A DNA stretch of 64,000 bases from Eledone cirrhosa. Taxonomy: Eukaryota. Below, piece after piece: positions 47,701 to 63,300 of this stretch (its first letter is position 1; each line of letters begins with the position of its first letter). Position numbers and translations under genes: made by a program. The notes below the pieces were generated by a model. It had not been told where the DNA came from. It saw only the letters and a program-made list of their open reading frames with translations, and ran no database searches. The stretch is taken from positions 32,054,001 through 32,118,000 of the forward strand of contig OZ024755.1 of assembly GCA_964016885.1 (NCBI GenBank). The letters are read 5' to 3'.

Positions 47701-50700
47701 GTTAATATTACCTGATCCAGTATCAGTTAAAGATGATATAGTTATTATTGGTTGATCTAGTATAAGTTATTTTAAAGATATAGTTACTATTACCTGATCC
47801 AGTATCGGTTAAAGATGATATATTTATTATTGGTTGATCTAGTATAAGTTATTTTAAAGATATAGTTACTATTACCTGATCCAGTATCAGTTAAAGATGA
47901 TATAGTTATTATTGGTTGATCTAGTATCAGTTATTTTAAAGTGTGATATAGTTACAATTACCTAATCCAGTTTTAGTTATTTTAAAGATTGACATAGTTA
48001 CTACTAGCTGAGGGACCCGGCTTTGCCTGGGAGAATAGTTAAGAGAAGGCGGATAAAAGAAGAAAATGACTGTATTGGATATGTTGAGCACGCGTTGAGG
48101 TCGTAATGTGACAAAAAAGTTGAGAATAAAAATAAAAAAACTTCCTTATTAAGCTGTGGGAGTAAACTGCTGATTTAATCGTAGCATTGACCTTGGGTTT
48201 TAAATGTGAAATAACCATAGTCAGTAAGATCTTTTTCAGCTCCAAAGGATGTCATATGAAACACTGCATAACAATGCTTCTGAAGTATTTAGCTTCATTA
48301 GTACGGTCTGTAAGTAGTATATGGTTAAAAGCTGGAAGGTAAATTAATTTCAAATAGTATCAATTTTTCTTGTAAAAGCTAAACAATATAAATTTTCATG
48401 GGACGTTAGTCTCTCACTTAATATCTAACACTTTAATTGTATCTCTCTCTGTATAACGGCCTATCTCTCTCCCTCTGTGTCTCTCTCTCTTTAGTTGTGT
48501 GTGTGTAGTTCTCAGGTGAAAACAATAAACATCTCTTTTTTTTATATATAGATTACCTGATCTAGTGTCAGTTATTTTAAAGATATAGTTACTATTACCT
48601 GATCCAGCATCAGTTAAAGATGATATAGTTATTATTGGTTGATCTAGTATCAGTTATATTAAAGATATAGTTACTATTACCTGATCCAGTATCAGTTAAA
48701 AATAATCGTTATTATTGGTTGCTGTAGTATAAGTTATTTTAAAGATATAGTTACTATTACCTGATCCAGTATCAGTTAAAGATGATATAGTTATTATTGG
48801 TTGAACTAGTATCAGTTATTTTAAACATATATTTACTATTACCTGATCCAGTATCGGTTATAGATGTTATAGTTATTATTTGTTGATCTAGTATAAGTTA
48901 TTTTAAAGATATATTTACTATTACCTGATCCAGTATCGGTTATAGATGATATAGTTATTATTGGTTGATCTAGTATCAGTTATTTTAGAGATATATTTAC
49001 TATTACCTGATCTAGTATCAATTAAAGATGATATAGTTATTATTGGTTGATCTAGTATAAGTTATTTTAAAGATATATTTACTATTACCGGATCCAGTAT
49101 CGGTTAAAGATGATATAGTTATTATTGGTTGATCTAGTATCAGTATTTTAAAGTTTGATATAATTACAATTACCTAATCCAGTATTAGTTATTTTAAAGA
49201 TTGACATAGCAACTACTAGCTGAGGTACCCGGCTTTGCCTGGGAGAATAGTTAAGAGAAGGCGGATAAAAGAAAAAAATGATTGTATTGGATATGTTGAG
49301 CACGCGTTGGGGCCGTAATGTGACAAAAAAGAAGAGAATAAAAAAAAAAAACTTCCTTATTAAGCTGTGGGTGTGAACTGCTGATTAAATCGTAGCATTG
49401 GCCTTGGGTTTTAAATGTGAAATAACCATAGTCAGTAAGATCTTTTTCAGCTCCAAAGGATGTCATATGAAACACTGCATAACAATGCTTCTGAAGTATT
49501 TAGCTTCATTAGTACGGTCTGTAAGTAGTATATGGTTAAAAGCTGGAAGGTAAATTAATTTCAAATAGTATCAATTTTTCTTGTAAAAGCTAAACAATAT
49601 AAATTTTCATGGGACGTTAGTCTCTCACTTAATATCTAACACTTTAATTGTATCTCTCTCTGTATAACGGCCTATCTCTCTCCCTCTGTGTCTCTCTCTC
49701 TTTAGTTGTGTGTGTGTAGTTCTCAGGTGAAAACAATAAACATCTCTTTTTTTTATATATAGATTACCTGATCTAGTGTCAGTTATTTTAAAGATATAGT
49801 TACTATTACCTGATCCAGCATCAGTTAAAGATGATATAGTTATTATTGGTTGATCTAGTATCAGTTATATTAAAGATATAGTTACTATTACCTGATCCAG
49901 TATCAGTTAAAAATAATCGTTATTATTGGTTGCTGTAGTATAAGTTATTTTAAAGATATAGTTACTATTACCTGATCCAGTATCAGTTAAAGATGATATA
50001 GTTATTACTGGTTGATCTAGTATAAGTTATTTTAAACATATATTTACTATTACCTGATCCAGTATCGGTTATAGATGTTATAGTTATTATTTGTTGATCT
50101 AGTATAAGTTATTTTAAAGATATATTTACTATTACCTGATCCAGTATCGGTTATAGATGATATAGTTATTATTGGTTGATCTAGTATAAGTTATTTTAAA
50201 GATATAGTTACTATTACCTGATCCAGTACCAGTTAAAGATGATATAGTTATTATTGGTTGATCTAGTATCAGTTATTTTAGAGATATATTTACTATTACC
50301 TGATCTAGTATCAATTAAAGATGATATAGTTATTATTGGTTGATCTAGTATAAGTTATTTTAAAGATATATTTACTATTACCGGATCCAGTATCGGTTAA
50401 AGATGATATAGTTATTATTGGTTGATCTAGTATCAGTATTTTAAAGTTTGATATAATTACAATTACCTAATCCAGTATTAGTTATTTTAAAGATTGACAT
50501 AGCAACTACTAGCTGAGGTACCCGGCTTTGCCTGGGAGAATAGTTAAGAGAAGGCGGATAAAAGAAAAAAATGATTGTATTGGATATGTTGAGCACGCGT
50601 TGGGGCCGTAATGTGACAAAAAAGAAGAGAATAAAAAAAAAAAACTTCCTTATTAAGCTGTGGGTGTGAACTGCTGATTAAATCGTAGCATTGGCCTTGG

Positions 50701-51022
50701 GTTTTAAATGTGAAATAACCATAGTCAGTAAGATCTTTTTCAGCTCCAAAGGATGTCATATGAAACACTGCATAACATTGCTTCTGAAGTATTTAGTTTC
50801 ATTAGTACGGTCTGTAAGTAGTATATGGATAAAAGCTGGAAGGTAAATTAATTTCAAATAGTATCAATTTTTCTTGTAAAAGCTAAACAATATAAACTTT
50901 CATGGGATGTTACTCTCTCACTGAATATCTAACAATTTAATTGTATCTCTCTCTGTATAACGGCCTATCTCTCTCCCTCTGTGTCTCTCCCTCTTTAGTT
51001 GTGTGTGTGTGTGTAGTTCTCG

Positions 51023-53473
51023 TAGCATTGGCCTTGGGTTTTAAGTGTGAAATAACCATAGTCAGTAAGATCTTTTTCAGAGATACAATTAAAGTGTTAG
51101 TATTCAGTGAGAGAGTAATGTCCCATGAAAATTTATATTGTTTAGATTTTACAAGAAAAATTGATACTATTTGAAATTAATTTACCTTCCAGCTTTTATC
51201 CATATACGACTTACAGACCGTACTAATAAGTCTAAAGACTTCAGAAGTAATGTTATGCAGTGTTTCATATGACATCCTTTGGAGCTGTAAAAGATCTTAC
51301 TGACTATGGTTATTTCACATTTAAAATCCAAGGCCAATGCTACGATTTAATCAGCAGTCTACTCCCACAGCTTAATACTGAAGTTTTTTATTTTTATTCT
51401 CTTCTTTTTTGTCACATTACGGCCCCAACGCATGCTCAACATATCCAATACAGACATTTTTTTCTTTTATCCGCCTTTTCTTAACTATTCTCCCAGGCAA
51501 ATCCGGGTACCTCAGCTAGTAGTAACTATGTCAATCTTTAAAATAACTAATACTGGTTTAGGTAATTGTAATTATATCAAACTTTAAATTAACTTTTGCT
51601 AGATCAACCAATAATAACTATATTATATTTAACTGATACTGGATCAGGTAATAGTAAATATATCTCTAAAATAACTTATACTAGATCAAACAATAATAAC
51701 TATATCATCTTTAACCGATACTGGATCAGGTAATAGTAACTATATCTTTAAAATAACTGATACTAGATCAACCAATAATAACTATATCATCTTTAACTGA
51801 TACTGGATCAGGTAATAGTAAATATATCTTTAAAATAACTTATACTAGATCAACCAATAATAACTATATCATCTTTAACTGATACTGGATCAGGTAATAG
51901 TAACTATATCTTTAAAATAACTGATACTAGATTAGGTAATCTATCATCATCATCATCATCGTTTAACGTCCATGTTACACGCTTGCATGGGTTTGGACGG
52001 GAGTTTTCCCACTTGAGGCAAGAGTGGTTGTCTTGCTCGCATAGGGCTGTCTGGCGGGTTTTCTACAGCTGGATGCCCTTCCTAACACCAACCACATTTA
52101 CAGTGTGGGACTGGGAGGTTTTTACCGTGTTGCCTACACGGCGACATTACAGCGTGGACTGTGTGTTTTTTTGTTGTGACACCTACATAATCTCATTTGT
52201 TTCGGCCTGGATGTTGTGGCACCAACGTAACTTTATATTGAAAGGGTTGGTGTGATGGGGGTGTATTTTGTTAGAGATGCCTACTGACTGTAGTAGGTTT
52301 ACTTTGTATTTAGGCAAGGAGGGTCTTCTCTATTACTGAGTACCGCCAAAGATCTCGGTCCAGTGACATTGTCTTGGAGAGGTGTAAGTGTGTGAGGTGG
52401 GAATTTATCTGGCCGTCCCAGGTTTTTCTGGGTCTGCCTACTCCGTGGCTACCATCTATCTTTATTGCCCTGAATTTTTTTATACAGCTGTCGTCTTTCA
52501 TGCGCATCACGTGACCATACCAACGTAGCCTTCTCTCGAGTAAACAACATCTGATCCCTCTTATTTCTAATTTCTCCCTTAGTTCGATTATGCTTTGCCG
52601 TTCGCGTATATTACTATTACACATCCAGCGGAGAATGCAAGCTTCGTTCCTCTCTCGTCTGCGCATATCCTTTGCACACAATGCCCAGGTCTCACTGCCA
52701 TGCAACATTGCTGTTCGTATGCAGGCATCATACAACCTGCCTATATATAAAAAAAGAGAGATATTTATTGTTTTCCACCGAGAACTACACACACACAACT
52801 AAAGAGAGAGAGACATAGAGGGAGAGAGATAGGCCGTTATACAGAGAGAGATACAATTAAAGTGTTAGATATTCAGGGAGAGAGTAACGTCCCATGAAAG
52901 TTTATATTGTTTAGCTTTTACAAGAAAAATTGATACTATTTGAAATTAATTTACCTTCCAGCTTTTATCCATATACTACTTACAGACCGTACTAATGAAG
53001 CTAAATAGTTCAGAAGCAATGTTATGCAGTGTTTCATATGACATCCTTTGGAGCTGAAAAAGATCTTACTGACTATAGTTATTTCACATTTAAAACCCAA
53101 GGCCAATGCTACGATTTAATCATCCGTTTACTGTCACAGCTTAATAAGGAAGTTTTTTATTTTTATTCTCTTCTTTTTATCAGATTACAGCCCCAACACT
53201 TGCTCAAAATATCCAATACAGTCATTTTTTTTTTTTATCCGCCTTCTCTTAACTATTCTCCTAGGCAAAGCTGGGTACGTCAGCTAGTAGTAACTAAGTC
53301 GATCTTTAAAATAACTAATACAGGATTAGGTAATTGTAATTATATGAAACTTTAAAATAACTGATACTAGATCAACTAATAATAACTATATCATCTTTAA
53401 CTGATACTGGATCAGGTAATAGTAACTATATCTTTAAAATAACTGATACTAGATCAACCAATAATAATTATAT
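51023..53473. repeat. Inversion cassette copy 2
   Basis: Same three junctions as 30376-32736. Confidence 0.92.
51945..52740 (-). mobile_element. RTE insert copy 2
   Basis: Same truncation point and insertion site as copy 1. Confidence 0.93.
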
Positions 53474-55096
53474 AATTTTTCTTGTAAAAGCTAAACAATA
53501 TGAACTTTCATGGGACGTTACTCTCTCACTGAATATCTAACACTTTAATTTTATCTCTCTCTGTATAATAGGCTATCTCTCTCCCTCTGTGTCTCTCTCT
53601 CTTTAGTTGTGTGTGTGTGTGTGTGTAGTTCTCGGGTGAAAACAATAAAACATCTCTCTTTTTTTATATATAGATTACCTGATCTAGTATCAATTATTTT
53701 AAAGATATAGTTACTATTACCTGATCCAGTATCAGTTAAAGATGATATAGTTATTATTGATTGATCTAGTATAAGTTATTTTAAAGATATATTTACTATT
53801 ACCTGATCCAGTATCAGTAAAAGATGATATAGTTATTATTGGTTGATCTAGTATAAGTTATTTTATAGATATATTTACTATTACCTGATCCAGTATCAGT
53901 AAAAGATGATATAGTTATTATTGGTTGATCTAGTAAAAGTAATTTTAAAGTTATAGTTACAATTACCTGATCCAGTACCAGTTAAAGATGATATAGTTAT
54001 TATTCGTTGATCTAGTAGAAGTTATTTTAAATATATATTTACTATTACCTGATCCAGTATCATTTAAAGATGATATAGATATTATTGGTTGATCTAGTAT
54101 CAGTTATTTTAAAGATATAGTTACTATTACCTGATCCAGTATCAGTTAAAGATGATATAGTTATTATTGGTTGATCTAGTATGTTATTTTAAAGATATAG
54201 TTACTATTACCTGATCCAGTATCAGTTAAAGATGATATAGTTATTATTGGTTGATCTAGTATAAGGTATTTTAAAGATATATTTACTATTACCTGATCCA
54301 GTACCAGTTAAAGATGATATAGTTATTATTGGTTGATCTAGTATAAGTTATTTTAAAGATATAGTTACTATTACCTGATCCAGTATCAGTTAAAGATGAT
54401 ATAGTTATTATTGGTTGATCTAGTATCAGTTATTTTAAAGATATAGTTAATATTACCTGATCCAGTATCAGTTAAAGATGATATAGTTATTATTGGTTGA
54501 TCTAGTATCAGTTATTTTAAAGTGTGATATACTTACAATTACCTAATCCAGTTTTAGTTATTTTAAAGATTGACATAGTTACTACTAGCTGAGGGACCCG
54601 GCTTTGCCTGGGAGAATAGTTAAGAGAAGGCGGATAAAAGAAGAAAATGACTGTATTGGATATGTTGAGCACGCGTTGAGGTCGTAATGTAACAAAAAAG
54701 AAGAGAATAAAAATAAAAAACTTCCTTATTAAGCTGTGGGAGTAAACTGCTGATTAAATCGTAGCATTGGCCTTGAATTTTAAATGTGAAATAACCATAG
54801 TCAGTAAGATCTTTTTCAGCTCCAAAGGATATCATATGAAACGCTGCATAACATTGCTTCTGAAGTATTTAGCTTCATTAGTACGGTCTGTAAGTAGTAT
54901 ATGGATAAAAGCTGGAAGGTCAATTAATTTCAAATAGTATCAATTTTTCTTGTAAAAGCTAAACAATATAAACTTTCATGGGACGTTACTCTCTCACTGA
55001 ATATCTAACACTTTAATTGTATCTCTCTCTGTATAACCGCCTATCTCTCTCCCTCTGTGTCTCTCTCTCTTCAGTTGTGTGTGTGTGTAGTTCTCG

Positions 55097-57395
55097 TAGC
55101 ATTGGCCTTGGGTTTTAAGTGTGAAATAACCATAGTCAGTAAGATCTTTTTCAGAGATACAATTAAAGTGTTAGTATTCAGTGAGAGAGTAATGTCCCAT
55201 GAAAATTTTTATTGTTTAGCTTTTAAAAGAAAAATTGATACTACTTGAAATTAATTTACCTTCCAGCTTTTATCCATATACTACTTACAGACCGTACTAA
55301 TGAAGCTAAATACTTCAGAAGCAATGTTATGCAGTGTTTCATATGACATCCTTTGGAGCTGAAAAAGATCTTACTGACTATGGTTATTTCACATTTAAAA
55401 TCCAAGGCCAATGCTACGATTTAATCAGCAGTTTACTCCCACAGCTTAATAAGGAAGTTTTTTATTTTTATTCTCAACTTTTTTGTCACATTACGGCCTC
55501 AACGCGTGCTCAACATATCCAATACAGGCATGTTTTTCTTTTATCTGCCTTCTCTTAACTATTCTCCCAGGCAAAGCCGGGTACCTCAGCTAGTAGTAAC
55601 TATGTCAATCTTTAAAATAACTAATACTGGTTTAGGTAATTGTAATTATATCAAACTTTAAATTAACTTTTACTAGATCAACCAATAATAACTATATCAA
55701 CTTTAACTGATACTGGATCAGGTAATAGTAAATATATCTTTAAAATAACTGATACTAGATCAACCAATAATAACTATATCATCTTTAACTGATACTGGAT
55801 CAGGTAATAGTAACTATATCTTTAAAATAACTGATACTAGATTAGGTAATTTATCATCATCATCGTTTAACGTCCATGTTCCACGCTTGCATGGGTTTGG
55901 ACGTGAATTTTCCCACTTGAGGCAAGAGTGGTTGTCTTGCTCGCATAGGACTGTCTGGCGGGTTTTCTACAGCTGGATGCCCTTCCTAACACCAACCACA
56001 TTTACAGTGTGGGACTGGGAGGTTTTTACCGTGTTGCCTACACGGCGACATTACAGCGTGGACTGTGTGTTTTTTTGTCGTGACACCTACACGATCTCAT
56101 TTGTTTCGGCCTGGATGTTGTGGCACCAACGTAACTTTATATTGAAAGGGGCGGTGTGGATGGGGTAGGGGTGGTGTGACGGGGGCGTATTTTGTTAGAG
56201 ATGCCTACTGACTGTAGTTGGTTTACTTTGTATTTAGGCAAGGCGGGTCTTCTCTATTACTGAGTACTGCCAAAGATCTCGGTCCAGTGACATAGTCTTG
56301 GAGAGGTGTAAGTGTGTGAGGTCGGAATTTATCAGGCCGTCCCAGGTTTTTCTGGGTCTGCCTACTCCGTGGCTACCGTCTATCTTTTTTGCCCTGAACT
56401 TTTTTATACAGCTGTCGTCTTTCATGCGCATCACGTGACCATACCAATGTAGCCTTCTCTCGAGTAAACAACATCTGATCCCTCTTATTTCTAATTTCTC
56501 CCTTAGCTCGTTTATGCTTTGCCGTTCACGTATATTACTATTACACATCCAGCGGAGAATGCAAGCTTCGTTCCTCTCTAGTCTGCGTATATCCTCTGCA
56601 CACAATGCCCAGGTCTCACTGCCATGCAACATTGCTGTTCGTATGCAGGCATCATACAACCTGCCTATATATAAAAAAAAAGAGATATTTATTGTTTTCC
56701 ACAGAACTACACACACACAACTAAAGAGATAGAGACATAGAGGGAGAGAGATATGCTGTTATACAGAGAGAGATGCAATTAAAGTGTTAGATATTCAGTG
56801 AGATAGTAACGTCCCATGAAAGTTCATATTGTTTAGCTTTTACAAGAAAAATTGATTCTATTTGAAATTAATATACCTTTCAGCTTTTATCCACATACTA
56901 CTTACAGACCGTACTAATGAAGCTAAATATTTCAGAAGCAATGTTATGCAGTGTTTCATATGACATCCTTTGGAGCTGAAAAAGATCTTACTGACTATAG
57001 TTATTTCACATTTCAAACCCAAGGCCAATAATACGATTTAATCAGCAGGTTACTCTCACAGCTTAATATGGAAGTTTTTTATTTTTATTCTCTTCTTTTT
57101 GTCAGATTACAGCCCCAACGCATGCTCAAAATATCCAATACAGTCATTTTTTTCTTTTATCCGCCTTCTCTTAACTACTCTCCCAGGCAAAGCTGGGTAC
57201 CTCAGCTAGTAGTAACTATGTCAATCTTTAAAATAACTAATACTGGATTAGGTAATTGTAATTATATGAAACTTTAAAATAACTGATACTAGATCAACCA
57301 ATAATAACTATATCATCTGTAACTGATACTGGATCAGGTAATAGTAACTATATCTTTAAAATAACTGATACTACATCAACCAATAATAATTATAT
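55097..57395. repeat. Inversion cassette copy 3
   Basis: Same three junctions as 30376-32736. Confidence 0.92.
55855..56664 (-). mobile_element. RTE insert copy 3
   Basis: Same truncation point and insertion site; slightly more diverged. Confidence 0.93.
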
Positions 57396-60300
57396 AATTT
57401 TTCTTGTAAAAGCTAAACAATATAAACTTTCATGGGACGTTACTCTCTCACTGAATATCTAACACTTTAATTTTATCTCTCTCTGTATAATGGCTTATCT
57501 CTCTCCCTCTGTGTCTCTCTCTCTTTAGTTGTGTGTGTGTGTGTAATTCTCGTGTGAAAACAATAAACATCTCTCTTTTTTTATATATAGATTACTTGAT
57601 CTAGTGTCAGTTATTTTAAAGATATAGTTACTATTACCTGATCCAGCATCAGTTAAAGATGATATAGTTATTATTGGTTGATCTAGTAAAACTTATTTTA
57701 AAGATATAGTTACAATTACCTGATCCAGTACCAGTTAAAGATGATATAGTTATTATTCGTTGATCTAGTATAAGTTATTTTAAAGATATAGTTACTATTA
57801 CCTGATCCAGTATCAGTTAAAGATGATATAGTTATTATTGGTTGATCCAGTATCAGTTATTTTAAAGATATAGTTACTATTACCTGATCTAGTATCAGTT
57901 ATTTTAAAAATATAGTTAATATTACCTGATCTAGTATCAGTTAAAGATGATATAGTTATTATTCGTTGATCTAGTATCAGTTATTTTAAAGATATAGTTA
58001 CTATTAGCTGATCCAGTACCAGTTAAAGATGATATAGTTATTATTTGTTGATCTAGTATAAGATATTTTAAAGATATAGTTACTATTACCTGATCAAGTA
58101 TCAATAAAGGTGATACAGTTATTATTGGTTTATCTAGTATCAGTTATTTTAAAGATATAGTTACTATTACATTATCCAGTATCAGTTACAGATGATATAG
58201 TTATTATTGGTTGATCTAGTATCAGTTATTTTAAATATATAGTTACTATTACCTGATCCAGTATCGGTTGAAGATGATATAGTTATTATTGGTTGATCTA
58301 GTATCAGTTATTTTAAAGATATAGTTAATATTACCTGATCCAGTATCAGTTAAAGATGATATAGTTATTATTGGTTGATCTAGTATAAGTTATTTTAAAG
58401 ATATAGTTAATATTACCTGATCCAGTATCAGTTAAAGATGATATAGTTATTATTGGTTGATCTAGTATCAGTTATTTTAAAGATATAGTTACTATTATCT
58501 GATCCAGTATCAGTTACAGATGATATAGTTATTATTGGTTGATCTAGTATCAGTTATTTTAAAGTGTCATATAATTACAATTACCTAATCCAGTTTTAGT
58601 TATTTTAAAGATTGACATAGTTACTACTAGCTGAGGGACCCGGCTTTGCCTGGGAGAATAGTTAAGAGAAGGCGGATAAAAGAAGAAAATGACTGTATTG
58701 GATATGTTGAGCACGCGTTGAGGTCGTAATGTGACAAAAAAGAAGAGAATAAAAATAAAAAACTTCCTTATTAAGCTGTGGGCGTAAACTGCTGATTAAA
58801 TCGTAGCATTGGCCTTGGATTTTAAACGTGAAATAACTATAGTCAGTAAGATCTTTTTCAGCTCCAAAGGATGTCATATGAAACACTGCATAACATTGCT
58901 TCTGAAGTATTTAGCTTCACTAGTACGGTCTGTAAGTAGTATATGGATAAAAGCTGGAAGGTATATTAATTTCAAATAGTATCAATTTTTCTTGTAAAAG
59001 CTAAACAAGATAAATTTTCATGGGACGTTACTCTCTCGCTGAATATCTACCACTTTAATCGTATCTCTCTTTGTATAACGGCCTATGTCTCTTCCTCTGT
59101 GTCTCTCACTCTGTAGTTGTGTGTGTAGTTCTCGGGTGAAAACAATAATCATCTCTCTTTTTTTATATATAGATTACCTGATCTAGTGTCAGTTATTTTA
59201 AAGATATAGTTACTATTACCTGATCCAGCATCAGTTAAAGATGATATAGTTATTATTGGTTCATCTAGTATCAGTTATTTTAAAGATATATTTAATATTA
59301 CATGATCCAGTATCAGTTAAAGATGATATAGTTATTATTGGTTGATCTAGTATAAGTTATTTTAAAGATATATTTACTATTACCTGATCCAGTATCGGTT
59401 AAAGATGATATAGTTATTATAGGTTGATCTAGTATAAGTTATTTTAAAGATATAGTTACTATTACCTGATCCAGTATCGGTTAAAGATGATATAGTTATT
59501 ATTGGTTGATCTTGTATAAGTTATTTTAAAGATATATTTACTATTACCTGATCCAGTATCAGTTAAATATGATATAGTTGTTATTGGTTGATCTAGTATA
59601 AGTTATTTTAAAGATATAGTTAATATTACCTGATCTAGTATCAATTAAAGATATAGTTATTATTGGTTGATCTAGTATCAGTTATTTTAAAGTTTGATAT
59701 AATTACAATTATCTAATCCAGTATTAATTATTTTGAAGATTGACATAGTTACTAGTAGCTGAGGTACACGGCTTTGCCTGGGAGAATAGTTAAGAGAAGG
59801 CGGATAAAAGATAAAAATGACTGTATTGGATATGTTGAGCATGCGTTGGGGCCGTAATGTGACAAAAAAGTTGAGAATAAAAATAAAAAACTTCCTTATT
59901 AAGCTGTGGGAGTAAACTGCTGATTAAATCGTAGCATTGGCCTTGGGTTTTAAATGTGAAATAACCATAGTCAGTAAAATCTATTTCAGCTCCAAAGGAT
60001 GTCATATGAAACACTGCATAACATTACTTCTGAAGTATTTAGTTTCATAGTATGGTCTGTAAGTAGTATATGAATAAAAGCTGGAAGGTAAATTAATTTC
60101 AAGTAGTATCAATTTTTCTTGTAAAAGCTAAACAATATAAACTTTCATGGGACGTTACTCTCTCACTGAATATCTAACACTTTAATTGTATCTCTCTCTG
60201 TATAACAGCCTATCTCCCTCCCTCTGCGTCTCTCTCTCTTTAGTTGTGTGTGTCTGTGTAGTTCTCGTGTTAAAACAATAAACATCTCTCTTTTTTTATA

Positions 60301-63300
60301 TATAGAATACCTGATCTAGTATCAGTTATTTGAAAGATATAGTTACTATTACCTGATCCAGTATCAGTTAAAGATGATATAGTTATTATTGGTTGATCTA
60401 GTATCAGTTATTTTAAAGATATAGTTAATATTACCTGATCTAGTATCGGTTAAAGATATAATTATTATTGGTTGATCTAGTATCAGTTATTTTAAAGATA
60501 TAGTTACTATTACCTGATCCAGTACCAGTTAAAGATGATATAGTTATTATTGGTTGATCTAGTATCAGTTATTTTAAAAATATAGTTACTATTACCTGAT
60601 CCAGTATCAGTTAAAGATGATAGTTATTATTGGTTGATCTAGTATAAGTTATTTTAAAGATATATTTACTATTACCTGATCCAGTATCGGTTATAGATGA
60701 TATAGTTATTATTGGTTGATCTAGTAAGTTATTTTAATGTTTGATATAATTAGAATTACCTAATCCAGTATTAGTTATTTTGAAGATTGACCTAGTTACT
60801 ACTAGCTGAGGTACCCGGCTTTGCTTGGGAGAATAGTTAAGAGAAGGTGGATAAAAGAAAAAAATGACTGTATTGGATATATAGGGCACGCGTTGAGGTC
60901 GTATTGTGACAAAAAAGATGAGAATAAAAATAAAAAAACTTCCTTATTAAGCTGTGGGAGTAAACTGCTGATTAAATCGTAGCATTGGCCTTGGGTTTTA
61001 AATGTGAAATAACCATAGTCAGTAAGATCTTTTTCAGCTCCAAAGGATGTCATATGAAACACTGCATAACATTGCTTCTGAAGTATTTAGCTTCATTAGT
61101 ACGGTCTGTAAGTAGTATATGGATAAAAGCTGGAAGGTATATTAATTTCAAATAGTATCAATTTTTCTTGTAAAAGCTAAACAATATAAACTTTCATGGG
61201 ACGTTACTCTCTCATTTATATCTAACACTTTAATTGCATCTCTCTCTGTATAACAGCCTATCTCCCTCCCTCTGTGTCTCTCTCTCTTTAGTTGTGTGTG
61301 TCTGTGTAGTTCTCGTGTTAAAACAATAAATATCTTTCTTACTTTATATATAGATTACCTGATCTAGTATCAGTTATTTTAAAGATATAGTTACTATTAC
61401 CTGATCCAGTATCAGTTAAAGATGATATAGTTATTATTGGTTGATCTAGTATAAGTTATTTTAAAGATATATTTACTATTACCTTATCCAGTGTCAGTTA
61501 AAGATGATATAGTTATTATAGGTTGATCTAGTATCAGTTATTTTAAAGATATAGTTACTATTACCTGATCTAGTATCAGTTAAAGATGATATAGTTATTA
61601 TTGGTTGATGTAGTATAAGTTAATTCAAAGATATATTTACTATTACCGGATCCAGTATCGGTTAAAGATGATATAGTTATTATTGGTTGATCTAGTATCA
61701 GATATTTTAAAGTTTGATATAATTACAATTATCTAATCCAGTATTAGTTATTTTAAACATTGACATAGTTCTACCAGCTGAGGTACCCGGCTTTGCCTGG
61801 GAGAATAGTTAAGAGAAGGCTGATAAAAGAAAAAAATGACTGAATTGGATATGTTGAGCATGGGTTGGTGCCGTAATGTGACAAAAAGTAGAGAATAAAA
61901 ATAAAAAACTTCAGTATTAAGCTGTGGGAGTAAACTGCTGATTAAATCGTAGCATTGGCCTTGGATTTTAAATGTGAAATAACTATAGTCAGTAAGATCT
62001 TTTTCAGCTCCAAAGGATGTCATATGAAACACTGCATGACATTGCTTCTGAAGTATTTAGCTTCATTAGTACGGTCTGTAAATAGTATATGGATAAAAGC
62101 TGGAAGGTAAATTAATTTCAAATAGTATCAATTTTTCTTGTAAAAGCTAAACAATATAAACTTTCATGGGACGTTACTCTCTCATTTATATCTAACACTT
62201 TAATTGCATCTCTCTCTGTATAACAGCCTATCTCTCTCCCTCTGTGTCTCTCTCTCTTTAGTCGTGTGTGTCTGTGTAGTTCTCGTGTTAAAACAATAAA
62301 TATCTTTCTTTTTTTATATATAGATTACCTGATCTAGTATCAATTATTTTAAAGATATAGTTACTATTACCTGATCCAGTATCAGTTAAAGATGATATAG
62401 TTATTATTGATTGATCTAGTATAAGTTATTTTAAAGATATATTTACTATTACCTGATCCAGTATCAGTAAAAGATGATATAGTTATTATTGGTTGATCTA
62501 GTATAAGTTATTTTATAGATATATTTACTATTACCTGATCCAGTATCAGTAAAAGATGATATAGTTATTATTGGTTGATCTAGTATAAGTTATTTTAAAG
62601 ATATATTTACTATTACCTTATCCAGTGTCAGTTAAAGATGATATAGTTATTATTGGTTGATCTAGTATAAGTTATTTTAAAGATATAGTTTCTATTACCT
62701 GATCCAGTATCAGTTAAAGATGATATAGTTATTATTTGTTGATCTGGTATAAGTTATTTTAAAGATATATTTACTATTACCTGATCCAGTATCGGTTAAA
62801 GATGATATAGTATTATTGGTTGATCTAGTATAAGTTATTTTAAAGATATAGTTACTATTACCTGATCCAGTATCAGTTAAAGATGATATAGTTATTATTG
62901 GTTGATCTAGTATCAGTTATTTTAAAGATATAGTTACTATTACCTGATCCAGTATTGGTTAAAGATGATATAGTTATTATTGGTTGATCAGTTATTTTAA
63001 AGATATAGTTACTATTACCTGATCCAGTACCAGTTAAAGATGATATAGTTATTATTGGTTGATCTAGTATCAGTTATTTTAAAAATATAGTTAATATTAC
63101 CTGATCCAGTATCAGTTAAAGATGATAGTTATTATTGGTTGATCTAGTATAAGTTATTTTAAAGATATATTTACTATTACCTGATCCAGTATCGGTTATA
63201 GATGATATAGTTATTATTGGTTGATCTAGTAAGTTATTTTAATGTTTGATATAATTACAATTACCTAATCCAGTATTAGTTATTTTGAAGATTGACCTAG